A stretch of 62,878 nucleotides of DNA, counting the filler, from Globobulimina sp. (lineage: Eukaryota), in the NCBI GenBank assembly GCA_003354225.1. It is 55 parts of 55 records of this genome, joined end to end, with 100 filler letters (N's around TTAATTAATTAA, not from the genome) between each part and the next. Parts side by side here need not be neighbours in the genome. Positions count along the whole stretch, not along the records: positions 25,205 to 26,249 come from PIVH01024951.1; positions 26,350 to 27,394 come from PIVH01024952.1; positions 27,495 to 28,539 come from PIVH01024953.1; positions 28,640 to 29,684 come from PIVH01024954.1; positions 29,785 to 30,829 come from PIVH01024955.1; positions 30,930 to 31,974 come from PIVH01024956.1; positions 32,075 to 33,119 come from PIVH01024957.1; positions 33,220 to 34,264 come from PIVH01024958.1; 47 more parts are not named here. One strand, given 5' to 3'. The notes under the pieces were generated by a model. The model did not search any database and was not told the origin of the DNA. It worked only from the letters and a program-made list of their open reading frames with translations. A program made the position numbers and the translations under genes. This document shows positions 25,105 to 37,699 of this stretch, in pieces. The first letter of the stretch is position 1. The number at the start of each line of letters is the position of its first letter.

Positions 25105-25528
25105 NNNNNNNNNNNNNNNNNNNNNNNNNNNNNNNNNNNNNNNNNNNNTTAATTAATTAANNNNNNNNNNNNNNNNNNNNNNNNNNNNNNNNNNNNNNNN
25201 NNNNAAACATATTCGAGACGGACAAGATACGGTTTAGCATATCGAGCATATAAGCATACAGTAAATAAATTGTGTGTGTGTGTGTTACTCCCATCGTCAT
25301 TGTAGCCATTTTTGCGCGAACGGGATCATTTTTGTGTACATATAAAATATTGTTTTGTGTTTTTTTGTGTACTGCAGTCTTCCACTCGATTTATATCAAT
25401 ATTATATATATATATTTTTTTTTGTGTATCAATTATATATTTGTACTCTTCCTCCACTCGATCTATATTAATGTTATAATGTGCAGCAAGCGAGGAAAAC
25501 CTGAAATTCATCAAATAAAATCTAAAAC

Positions 25529-26122
25529 ATGTCAAACCTTGAGGCGTCAGAACAAGTTGGTTTGTTGGATGACGAGAGTCAAGAATCTAAAGATGATGAA
25601 CTCGATGATGATGATGATGATGATGGGTTGAATATGGATAAAAAAAGTAAAAACCATAACAAAAATTTAAGTTATTTGGAACCAAATAAACAAAGAAAAC
25701 ATGTACCTTCGCTCTCTTTATCAGAGTTATTATCACCGGTCGACAGAACCATAAATGCATTTCAATACAATACCTGCAATGATGACGCTTTACCATCGAC
25801 AGCCCGAGAAAGTAAAATATTCGATGTGAAACAGTTTCTCGTCAAAGATAATAAAGCAACCAAACAATTGACTGACATGTTGTTGCCAGCAACACCAACA
25901 ATCACTAATTTCCTCTCCGATGACGATACGCCGTTAAAGCAAGCATTTAAAGATGAATCTGACAGTAATAAATTAGCGCAGTTATTGATGCCCGTCACTC
26001 CAACCATTACATCCTTTATATCCCATGAAGAGACTCTTGAATTCGATGATTTATTCATACCGTTAGATGGCGATGGGGCTGATTCTGACTATGTCTATGA
26101 ACAAGAAATTGATTTATTATGA
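25529..26122 (+). CDS. Acidic low-complexity protein (terminal exon)
   Basis: 197-aa ORF; LxPxTPTITxF repeated twice. Confidence 0.5.
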   Translation: MSNLEASEQVGLLDDESQESKDDELDDDDDDDGLNMDKKSKNHNKNLSYLEPNKQRKHVPSLSLSELLSPVDRTINAFQYNTCNDDALPSTARESKIFDVKQFLVKDNKATKQLTDMLLPATPTITNFLSDDDTPLKQAFKDESDSNKLAQLLMPVTPTITSFISHEETLEFDDLFIPLDGDGADSDYVYEQEIDLL

Positions 26123-26349
26123 ACGTAATATTTAAATAACTAAATTTATATAATACCATAATATAATTCTGACACAAAAAGTATCTGTTTTTTTTTATTG
26201 AATATTCAGTGAGTTATCATTGCCGAATGACTTAAATGAATGCAGTTCCNNNNNNNNNNNNNNNNNNNNNNNNNNNNNNNNNNNNNNNNNNNNTTAATTA
26301 ATTAANNNNNNNNNNNNNNNNNNNNNNNNNNNNNNNNNNNNNNNNNNNN

Positions 26350-27394
26350 ATAATATTATTAACTTGGTTCCTGATATTTATATTCTTCAACTATTTGTTT
26401 TCCATCTTCTCTGCCAATAACAACATATAATAATAATATATATTTGGTTCGAGATAACCGACTTTTAAGCATATCATAGACAAAAAAGTCTCCTTCATTT
26501 TGGTTATTACCAATCATAATTGGCACATTATCATTAAACTCGCCAGCCTGGAATGCAAACAATGGTTGTTTTTGTGGAAACACATTTGTTGTTTCAAAGG
26601 TTGGTGTCCATGGAAAAAATAAATGTAACCAATAGCAGTTAAAATTATTTGAATCACAGTTTACAAAAATTTCAGATTCGACAGCAATTTGCGCATTTAA
26701 TAACTGTTCCGACGATACACTTTTACTACGCAGACACGCTCCGTTTCCATCCCGACCACACCCGTTTCATCTAAATATTTATCCGCGATACCAAACCATG
26801 TTGAATGTGTTCTAAATGGTACTCCGAGAGGATGGCTTTGCATTATTGCGCCAGAATACATTGTATTAGTTTTGTTCATTAATAATGTGGACACTGCCAT
26901 AGCTCCTGCACTCTCACCAAATAATATTATATTTGAAGGGTCGCCACCGAAATATTGAATGTTTTGAGAAACCCATTCCAATGCAAATAATTGGTCATAG
27001 TAACCATAATTGCCATGGATATTATTTTGTGGATCATATAGAAATCCGAAAGAACCCATTCTATAATTTATTGTGACAACAATTACAGCATTAAGATATG
27101 CCAAGTTTTTCCCATTATATAATCTGTTGCCACTCCATTGACTCTTATACGATCCGCCATGAATAAAAAACATGACTGCAAATAAATCATCCCGATCATG
27201 GTCACAATATGGCGGGGTATAAATATTCAAATACAAACAATCTTCACTTTGGGTAATATTTACATTTGATTCATCGTTGGCGGTTTTATAACATCCCAAC
27301 GGGAATGAACTATTTGTATCACAATTTTGCATACATGGTGTTGCAATTTGTGTGGCATCAAATGTATTTAAACCCCAATTTTCATGTTTTATTG
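26350..27394 (-). pseudogene. Type-B carboxylesterase/lipase with a 1-bp frameshift near 26761
   Basis: SEDCLYLNIY, FIHGG, INYRMG, GESAG; the shifted frame continues CGRDGNGACLRSKS..WTP..IMIGNNQNEG. Confidence 0.85.
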
Positions 27395-28639
27395 NNNNNN
27401 NNNNNNNNNNNNNNNNNNNNNNNNNNNNNNNNNNNNNNTTAATTAATTAANNNNNNNNNNNNNNNNNNNNNNNNNNNNNNNNNNNNNNNNNNNNGAAAAA
27501 AAAAACTCCGAGGATACAAAAAAGAATGACAAATTTAATTTGATTCGTCAAGGTAGGCTATTACTATGTGGACAGTATACACAGTTGTGCACTATGTATG
27601 TAGCCCTTGTATTTACATACACATAATAGTACCTACAGTACAGGAGGCACATAATAGTACCTACAATACAGTAGGCTACGTGCAACCTGCACGTAGCCTA
27701 CTGTATCTAGGGCATCTAATTGTCGCTCGCCGGCGACGGCCGCTGACGGCCTATGACCAACTGACGGACGTTTGCGGCCAGACTAAATCAATAAAAACAG
27801 GTGCTGGGGATTTACGGAAGGGACCCAGATTGTTAACGTTTAGATTGTTTTAGGTTATTAGTGTATTGTACAGATATGGTTGGTACTTCGACTTTGGGTT
27901 TAATGCATCATCGAAAAATAAAATCGACATTAAAATATGATAAAAATTAACGTTCAGTGTCGATGAAATGATGATGTTTCCCTTTTGATTAAAATACATA
28001 ATGTGCGTACATTTTTGCTATAAAATTGTAGATGTTGTCGGTCTAAAATAATATTCATACCAGCCTTACATTTTAGATTTCATAGAATTTTCGCCTCCTT
28101 TCATTATATAGTATTATTAGGTATTCGTTTGTTTCTAGTAGTGCGAAAACATAAATGCATTTTGAATTTGAAGCTGGATTTTAGTGCCATCGTTTGACGT
28201 AAAAGTGATCCTGGAATCGGAGAAATTTTTGAGTGAAAAATTGACACCAAAAACTACTTTTTATTTTTTTCAACATTTTTTACTACATATTTCATATTGT
28301 TTGTTATGATAATGAATAGTAATTCTCTGAACTGATAGTGTGACTTTCCAAATCCCTCGTCGCGTGTCATAAATTAATTTTTAATAAATGCATTCCCCCA
28401 TTTTTTATTATATTAATTTTTGTCGACAAAAGTCGAAGGGCGCGCAAAATCCAAACGACGCGTGACTGATTGAGCGGTGGGCGCAGTTTTGGGAAGTGGT
28501 TCCGAACTGGATGAGGGAAAGTAAAGTCGCCTGCCGGTGNNNNNNNNNNNNNNNNNNNNNNNNNNNNNNNNNNNNNNNNNNNNTTAATTAATTAANNNNN
28601 NNNNNNNNNNNNNNNNNNNNNNNNNNNNNNNNNNNNNNN

Positions 28640-29462
28640 ATGGGAAATTGAAACACAAATGTTATCTTTTGATGAAGATGAAACTGACATTGAAAATCAA
28701 AACATTAAATTAACAAAATATCAAACACAAAACACAAAATTAAAAGAAACAATAAAAGTTAATCAGCTAATGATTGATAATTTCGTTAATGTGATAAGCA
28801 AAGCCAACGAATCACAAACAAAATTGAAATATGAATACAAAGGTATAGTTTCTAAAAAAGATACGCTTAAATCGACGCTTACAAAAACAATTTCAAAAAA
28901 AGATTCATCAGATATTGTTAAAGAGTTAAATGAATATTATGAAAAGAGAATAAAAGGTGTCAAACAAATAGATATCATTGAAACATCTATTAAATTGTTA
29001 GGTGAAAAATACTTAAGATCTCATATGATTAATAGATATTTGCCTATCATAAATGAAAGTTTAAATAGATATTTAGAAATATTTGGATTATCTTTTAAAA
29101 TAGTTTTGGATAATGAATTTAAAGAAAAGTTTTTAAGTCGTGATTATGAAAAATTAAGTTACAATAGTTTGAGTGAAGGTGAAAAGAAAAGAGTTGACCT
29201 TTCATTAATATTTGCTTTTTTTGATGTTGCAAAAAGTAGATCAAAGCAAACAAGTAATATTTTAGTTATGGATGAAATTGCCGATTCAAGTTTAGATATT
29301 GAAGCAATTAGTGGATTAAGTCATATAATTGATTTGTTGACATTAGATAAAGTTACTGTTATAATAATATCTCATAACCAAGATATAAAAGATTCAATTA
29401 ATTTCACAAAACATCTTGAGGTGTTTAAAGAAGGAAGTTTTTCAAAAATAAAGGAGATTTAA
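28640..29462 (+). CDS. T4-like phage recombination endonuclease subunit gp46 (Rad50/SbcC ATPase), C-terminal part
   Basis: YLPIINESLNRYL, SYNSLSEGEKKRVDLSL, LVMDEIADSSLD, IISH. Confidence 0.88.
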
Positions 29463-29463
29463 A

Positions 29464-29682
29464 ATGGATGGATTAATTAAGTTTGTATTAAGTATGTTAA
29501 GTTTGGTAATTATGTTTTTACCTGAAATTGTCATGTATAACATTTATAGTTTATTATCACCAGAAACCATACTCGAAAAAATTATTATATTAGGTTTATT
29601 TTGGTTTGGTGGTCTTAGTGTGTCTATTATATTTTTTGTTATAGGATGTATGTGTTTAGGTTTTGTTTTATCTGAAGTATAA
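29464..29682 (+). CDS. Small two-TM phage membrane protein
   Basis: AAGGAG RBS; starts 1 bp after the gp46 stop; two hydrophobic helices. Confidence 0.7.
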   Translation: MDGLIKFVLSMLSLVIMFLPEIVMYNIYSLLSPETILEKIIILGLFWFGGLSVSIIFFVIGCMCLGFVLSEV

Positions 29683-29784
29683 TANNNNNNNNNNNNNNNN
29701 NNNNNNNNNNNNNNNNNNNNNNNNNNNNTTAATTAATTAANNNNNNNNNNNNNNNNNNNNNNNNNNNNNNNNNNNNNNNNNNNN

Positions 29785-30529
29785 ATCATTTTACAATGAC
29801 GAAACTGACGAAGATGACGATGAAAAAACAGAAAATGGGAACGAAACGTATACTGATAATGCATGGATGGGATTTGGCGGAATTGACGAAGGGAAAGGTA
29901 GCAAAAAACCGATTTATGAAATAGGAGATATTGGGGAATATTTACGAGAATGTGGGTATAAGTCCGGTGTGGATTATATTGGGGATGAAATTGATTCGTG
30001 TCTCAATGCATTGGATATAAAGCATAAATTCCTTGAAATGCATCATAAATTTAACAATGCGGCATACCAACGAATTGTATTTATCATTGATAGAAGAAAT
30101 GCGAATGCATTGTATAGAATAAATGATAAAGATTGGAACGATAAAATATATTGTTTTAAACCGAAGAAATATAATAAAATGCCAATACAATATAGTTATT
30201 TGCCGGAATCGCTATTTTGTTTAAGCCAGCAATTATTATTACCGTCAAATAAACGATGCAAAAATAATATTATCGGAATTAAAGAATCGTTAAATGGTTA
30301 TATGTTTGCTTTGAATTTTCATATATATTCACCAAATACCATTCGTGCGTATTTCGGTTTTAATGGACAGATACAACGGTTTTTTATGGAGGATATGATA
30401 TCATTTTGGCCTCAGTTGTTTTATCCCATTCAAATGGTTAAGGATGAATTTAAAAGTAATAACAAAATGCAACGTTATGCAAAACTTAATGATCATGAAT
30501 TTGATAATTTTTTTGAGTTTTTTACATAA
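29785..30529 (+). CDS. Hypothetical protein fragment
   Basis: Long ORF, no family recognised. Confidence 0.5.
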
Positions 30530-30929
30530 CCAGTTGACTTCAAAAATGATGTTAAAAAACTTCCCGAAGTTCCCGAGTTCCCTAGTTTAACTTCCCATCC
30601 CTTCCCAACCCGAACCCACGTTCTGGGCTCTGTCAGTATATAACAACCCAGTACAAATCCAAGACAAACTGATAGCAAACCTTAATAAAATATATTATTT
30701 TGTGGTGTTTCTGGATTTGCAAATCGTTTACTAGCTGCAGTGCGAGGATCGCTAGAAAAATAGAAGTTTGAAAAAATTAGGCCAAACAAATGAAAATAAT
30801 CTAAATCAATTTAGGAAACAAGCAATGGANNNNNNNNNNNNNNNNNNNNNNNNNNNNNNNNNNNNNNNNNNNNTTAATTAATTAANNNNNNNNNNNNNNN
30901 NNNNNNNNNNNNNNNNNNNNNNNNNNNNN

Positions 30930-31726
30930 GACAATTTTTTCTTGGGGAGTATGGTCCACAAATTCTTTTTCGTCCTTGATCCATTTTTGCAACATTTCAA
31001 TGGATGCAGCAGATAATGGTAATTCATTCGAACTGCATTCATCACAAAATATTTCGCCACATATTCTGCCTGTTTTGACGGTAACATTATGGCACAAAAT
31101 AAAAATTATGTCACATATATATATATATACATACAATGATGTCGCCTTAGTACGAGTAACCTAAACTTTTTGCAACATTTCTTACAGGCTGTTCGGGCAT
31201 CGTCTTGTATCCATTTGAATGGCTTAACTTTATCTCTTTGCCATTTGGATTGATAAAAGAATAGCATATCACATTTAGGACAATGTTCTCTTTCATTTGG
31301 CGATATAGCGCATAAAACATTGAACTTGTCATATACTGCGAGTTTGGTTTTGTCGTTGTCTAATGCATATGATACATCTTGAAATTCTAATAATTCATCA
31401 CAACCATTCATAAAACAAGTCATTGGATACTTTGCAACATTTTTCAAATGCGCTTCGATATAACCTTTAATGCATTCGTAGCAAATTAAATGTTTACATC
31501 TTTTCAAAAGAATATAAGGGAAATATGTGTCATTGCTGGAGAGAGCTGTAAAGCATATCGGACATGTATTTGTTGCTTTTTTTGGTTTGGGAATCTTGGG
31601 ACTGACCGGCGACGTTGATTGTGGTTTTGGTTCTGATGTCGGGTCTGGATTTAATTCATGGTTTAATTGAGAGAGCAGATCATCAATGTCTGCTACAATA
31701 CTCTCTGACTGTTCATTGCCCATCAC
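30930..31726 (-). CDS. RING (RBR RING1-like) + FYVE domain protein; intron 31070-31134
   Basis: CPIC..CKHLICYEC; WIQD..CKKC..RRHHC|RICGEIFCDECS after splicing; MGNEQS N-terminus. Confidence 0.85.
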
Positions 31727-32080
31727 GCAGACTTAAAATGTAATTATAACCGGCTCATAACTCGAGGGATTTTGCTCTAAAAATTATTATTGCACAAATG
31801 GTCTAAACACAGAGTAATAAGCAATTATAAGATCTAAAACATTGTCAACAATCGAAACATCTTTGATTGATTTAATATATCCATAAATTAATTTATTAAT
31901 TTCATCAAAAATAAAATATTTTGCTGCTATTTTCTTTGTTTCATTCTTGTTTATATCCAACAGTGCCGGATCCANNNNNNNNNNNNNNNNNNNNNNNNNN
32001 NNNNNNNNNNNNNNNNNNTTAATTAATTAANNNNNNNNNNNNNNNNNNNNNNNNNNNNNNNNNNNNNNNNNNNNGTATAC

Positions 32081-32600
32081 AGCCCACTGCAAAAAGAGCG
32101 AAATTTAGTATGGATTCATTATTGAAATTGGAAAACAGCGAAGAATGTGAATTAATGCCACAAAATATCATAACGTACTAATATACCGCAGATATTATCA
32201 CATGAATTTGGTGTAAAAACGGAAGAAAAATCAAATAAAAATCGAGCAAAGTTTAGTGTGGATAAATTAATTAATTTACGCCATACAGAATTATGTCAAA
32301 TAATCGCAGAAAATATAGCCGATGAAATACCGCGATATTATCACTTGGTTTAGGTCTACGAATACAGCCAAAATGTGTTGAAAAACATGATAAATTTTTA
32401 GTAAATGAATTAAAAAAATTACGAGATTGTGAATCGTATAAATTAATGCCTGGAAATATAATAAATGAAATACCTCATATATTATCACCAGGTTTAGGCA
32501 TAAAATGAATCAAATTTAGTATGGATAAATTGATTCAATTACGACACGTACACAATGTCAAATAATGCCAGAGAATATAATTAATAAAACGCAAAAATTA
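32081..32600 (+). pseudogene. Decayed ORF of four 40-50-aa tandem protein repeats
   Basis: KFSxDxLxxLRxxxxCxxMPENI repeated four times across frameshifts and a stop. Confidence 0.6.
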
Positions 32601-33302
32601 CAGAAAATGGTGCATTATTTGATTGTAATCTATGTGATTGGATTTAATATATCTTTTGTGTTACAGTTACTTTATATAACGCTCTCAATCATGAATATGC
32701 AAATGCAACTAATGAGGAATTGGAGGGATAGTTTGATGGGATGGATGCAGACGTCACCCACCTTGTCAAACAAGAAAATATAACATTAAAAATAATTTTT
32801 TATGTGTGATTTTATGTGAAAGTGCAAGGATATTTTATTTGTGTATTTTTTGTAGATGTCTTTTCTTTTTGGCATGATTTAAAAGGGATTTACGACCTTT
32901 TGAAAATTGGTGGACTTATTGAACTGATTGGCAATTTAGAAGCTGTTTGACACGTTTTTAAAAAAATCAGTACTTATCGGAGACCCCTATTTAAAGTCTA
33001 CTTATGTCTACGAGGATTGCTTGCTAGCAGCGTGGATTAATAAATAGTCCTCACTCTATTGCCTCTACTGTCTCTCCATATGGTTTATAATTCATTTGCA
33101 AAATAAACCTCCACATAAANNNNNNNNNNNNNNNNNNNNNNNNNNNNNNNNNNNNNNNNNNNNTTAATTAATTAANNNNNNNNNNNNNNNNNNNNNNNNN
33201 NNNNNNNNNNNNNNNNNNNGACACAACAGTCTTTCTTTATTCTACAAAAATTGCTTGTAGGAACGCGTCGGTTTAAGTGAATGTGTCAATGATTTAATAT
33301 TA

Positions 33303-34264
33303 ATGTTTCAATTTCTTCCGCTTAATCATATCAAAAATTTTATCACCCAAGAAATCGATGAATTAGATTCAAAATGTTGTAAAAAAGCTTACTATGAAAC
33401 AATATCAATTGATGAGATATTCCCTTCAGATATCATTCAATATATTTTATCATTCGGTGGCTTATATCATACGAAAGCAGTACTAGTCAGTAAAAAATGG
33501 AAACAATATTCTGAGCAAAATGAACAAAATCATTTAACAAAATTATATTCTTCAATCAATGAAATTAAATCTCCAGTAAAATATGATGCGAATATGAATA
33601 AAACTTATATTATTAGTCAACATCGCACAAAATTACATAAAATGGAGAGCGTATTGGGATATAAAGGTCCAATGAAAGATATTGAACGCACATTAAGCAT
33701 TTGCGATTCCGGTGATAGATTATTAGTTGATTCTGGTGTATATAGTGTATCAAAAATGTGCAAGGTTAGTATACAATTAATTGGGGTGGGAACAGCTGTA
33801 ACGGTTTGTAAATCTTGGGACATAGATCCTTCTTGGTACATTAGAACAAAATGTGATATTCGAAACATAGCATTTGATATGTCAGGACTTGTAATGGATG
33901 TGGAGGAAAATGGAATATTACAGCTGGATAATTGTGAATTAAGATGCGGTGAATTTCCTGCAGTTTGTGCAAAGAATGGCTCTCATTTAAATATGAATAA
34001 TTGCAGATTTATTGGGGATGGATATAAAATTAAATTATCACCTTTTGCCAGAGAGGTAAATATTATTGATTGTACTTTTCAAAATGTTGGAATAGAAATT
34101 ACTCCTCAAAGACCCCAAACAGTTAACGAAGAAATGATGCAATTGCAATGTGTTGGGAATATATTTGATATTGATAAACATATAAAAACAGTCGGTCCAA
34201 TAACAACACGCAATAATAATTATGTTGCAAATTCAGATCGATATACGCTAAAAGATAACTTATT
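33303..34264 (+). CDS. F-box-like + right-handed beta-helix protein
   Basis: FPSDIIQYILSF..VSKKWK; GDRLLVDSGVY; pectin-lyase-like repeats. Confidence 0.7.
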
Positions 34265-34364
34265 NNNNNNNNNNNNNNNNNNNNNNNNNNNNNNNNNNNN
34301 NNNNNNNNTTAATTAATTAANNNNNNNNNNNNNNNNNNNNNNNNNNNNNNNNNNNNNNNNNNNN

Positions 34365-35409
34365 AAGCGATGCTATTGTGTAATACTTTGCAGACATTCG
34401 TTAATTTCATCCATAGCCCATTGCGTGGTTTGTGTGGGGAACAAAGTCGATAACGTTTTAATGGCAGAATAGCCGCCATATTGAATGTAGGCAGATTTGG
34501 CATAAATACTCCATTTGATAATAGGTAGCAACTAGGCAAATAATAATGGCGACACTTGCAATTTATACCGATCCTCCAATTCGCGATAAAATGGATGCGA
34601 TTTATTAAAAAAGGCATGCCATGAATAGACAGTAGTTTTTAACACATTTGGTATGGATTTATATGCGTTGCACTGCGTATTATCATATCCACGCAATTCG
34701 CGCCAATATCGCGTGGAATAAGACAAGGAAAACGAGGCTAAAATGCTGGTTAATTTGAGGGAAAACGACGACGTTCGTCTGTTTTCCGAAGGGTAGAAAT
34801 AATTTTGTGTGTTGTTGAAAAATTCGATGAATAATGTGGTCACTGGCGAGCTGTCGCCGCGGTTATCCATCAAATAGATCAATAATTGCACGATATTCTG
34901 AATGCCGAGCTGATGGAAGGAGAAGCCGGATTTCTTGGATAACGAACCTTTGCGTAAACGGTCGGCTTTTTTGAGGATACACGAACGGCCATTGATAGGT
35001 AGCTCTGCGTTTAAGTATAAATAATGAAACAAAGCGGATAAAAATGGCTCGAAATACACTGTGAACTGTCGATTGAATGAGATGAGATTGGTTAGGATTT
35101 GGAGTAATTTCTCCGGGGAGCTGACCATCCAAATGGTTTCATTCAATATTTGATCCAATAAAAAGAGCAACAAATGCGGCGTATTTGCGTCATATTTTAT
35201 GGTGGATTGTATGTGCAAGTTTTTCATTTCATACTTGTTTAATTGCGTAGCGACCCATAATTGTTTGTAGGGTAAGAACAAGGATAAGAGCTCCACACTG
35301 CGGTTGTAATAAATGTCGTGCGGGTTGAAATACGGCAATATCTCATCTAATATCTGAGCAAAGGAGGCCTGGGTGAAATAACGTTGTGCTTTTTTTATTA
35401 ACTCTTTTA
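34365..35409 (-). CDS. PSME4: Proteasome activator PA200/Blm10 fragment with two in-frame TAG codons
   Basis: AQRYF..ILDEILP, LSLFLP, YFYPSEN; after TAG the frame continues LLPIIKWSIYAKS..LQSITQ*HR (cf. AMFSK..LETLTEPHQ). Confidence 0.75.
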
Positions 35410-35679
35410 NNNNNNNNNNNNNNNNNNNNNNNNNNNNNNNNNNNNNNNNNNNNTTAATTAATTAANNNNNNNNNNNNNNNNNNNNNNNNNNNNNNNNNNN
35501 NNNNNNNNNTTTTTGAATAATGCAAGTTTTGCAAATCAGCTTTTTGGGTACAAAACGCCGGATCGCAAAAGCCTAACTTGCTATAAATGGCTCTTCTTTA
35601 ACAATGCAAGCAAAGTTTCGATAATTTTGTGCACCATTTGAGAAAAGTAGGATGCATCCTGCTTTCATTAATTTTGAAT

Positions 35680-36554
35680 AGACACAAAGTTATCCAAACT
35701 TTGCTTTAAACGTTGTGATAGTGACGGCCCTTGGAAAACAGCTTATGGTGCTCGAGAAGCATTATGTGGTCGACATCAATGGAAAATAAAGATAAATAAA
35801 ACAGTAAATGGCTCCGTTATTTTGGGGGTTGCATCAAACACAAAGTATTTAGAGGATCTATATGTTAGTAAAAAGGATACTTATTGTTATGCATATTATG
35901 CTCATGATGGACGTACTTTTGATCAAACCACATCTAAACAATACAGTGAGAAGTCTAAGACTGGGGATATTATCACAATTGAACTCGATTTGAACAAAAA
36001 TCAGATTATATTTTATAAGAATGACAAAAATTTAGGTATCGCATATTCAAATGTTCAAAATGGACAAACATATCGATTGGCAGTTTCATTAGCTTACCAA
36101 AATGATGCAGTTGAATTAATGTCATATTATAATTTATCGGATGAACAAAAAGAAGAAGCAAAGAGTGACAGTAATTATATTCAGCCATTACCAAACATTG
36201 TAAATCGACAATGTGCACATTTAAGCTCTCAATATTCAAACAACAAAATTAATGGATTTGATGTTAAGAATTTAAGAAAGGCTTCGCAATATTTATCCAA
36301 ATTAGATTCAGACATTGAAATTTTAGAAACAGCATTGGCAAAATGTAAATCATTGCTATTGCGATCACAAAACTCATTGAAAAAAAAGATGAGTGTAAAT
36401 ATTAAAAATTATGAACATTGGACAATGAAACAAGTGGCTTTGTGGTTGGGTGGATTACAGAATGGGCGGTATGCTAAATATGTCAATGCGTTAATTGGAG
36501 GGTTTGAGAATGATGAAATCTCTGCAAAGGATTTACCTGATTTGGATCAAGCAA
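35680..36554 (+). CDS. SPRY + SAM domain protein fragment
   Basis: WKIKI..LGV..GDIITIELDL..FYKNDKNLG; WTMKQVALWL..F..DEISAKDL. Confidence 0.8.
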
Positions 36555-37528
36555 NNNNNNNNNNNNNNNNNNNNNNNNNNNNNNNNNNNNNNNNNNNNTT
36601 AATTAATTAANNNNNNNNNNNNNNNNNNNNNNNNNNNNNNNNNNNNNNNNNNNNCGTAACACCAATATATGGTAATGTGGAGGAACTTGATGCATTGTAA
36701 TTAATTTATAGTAAGTGCTTTATTGTAAGTGTAATACCACCTATACTTAATATAGTAAGTGCTTTATATGGTGGTAATTTGTTTTTTAATGCATTTGAAG
36801 CTTGTGTAATCTTGATTCATGGCATATCGGTAAGATTCTATGTTACTTTGAATCATATGGAATCAACGCGAATCCCATACAGATAGATCCATGATGATTC
36901 ATGGCTGCATTTAGTTGGTATACACAGATTTAAATCTACATTTTAATTTGGATTGTAACGTATTTTATTATAAAAAAATAATTTTAAACCAAACAACTTC
37001 TACTGGATAATTGCTTATTTTTTGGGTCTCCCTAGATACCGAAGGTGTAGATAACAACAAGTACAACAAAGAAGAACATGCGCCTCTTCAAATACGTGAG
37101 TCTAATTCAGTTTATCTGGATGCTACAAAGGACAGTGCAGCATTTTCAAACATTGATATTGACGAAACAGGATCAACAATGCAAAGATTGCAATTATTTC
37201 ATTCAAGTTCATGAATTAAGACATTATAAATTATCGTGGGACTATAAATGTGAAAAAAATTGTTCATTCCAAGTTTATATTAAGTGTTTTGATGAATGCA
37301 AAAAAATCATAAAATTGTCATTGGAAATGATAGATCCTCCTAAGACAAGCATCTGGTCCTAAATTAAATTAATGCAGCTGTCGCGTCAGGATTATGTATA
37401 GTATATATTCATAGGATTATGAGTACATTATTGCAAAAATAGATTCATAAAATCACACTTTCTTTCCACGCGCCACATAACAAACAAACAAACGCAACGA
37501 CATTATAAAAATCTACAAATTAAACAGA

Positions 37529-37699
37529 ATGAGCAAACAACACACAGTATGCGCAATTTTTAAATTCAAACAAGGAAAATTGCCGGAATTTATGAACATT
37601 TTGAAAGACCCACAAGAAGGAATTGCAAAAACCAGAAAATGGAAAGGTTGTATTAACATTGAATTATATCAAGACCAACAAGATGACGATACATTAATC
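37529..37699 (+). CDS. ABM (antibiotic biosynthesis monooxygenase-like) domain protein, 5' part
   Basis: FKFKQGK..EF..TRKWKGCINIELYQD. Confidence 0.65.

Noticed and set aside
27495..28539. Non-coding contig with short duplications (CACATAATAGTACCTACA twice)
   Set aside because: No credible ORF or RNA gene; looks like intergenic DNA
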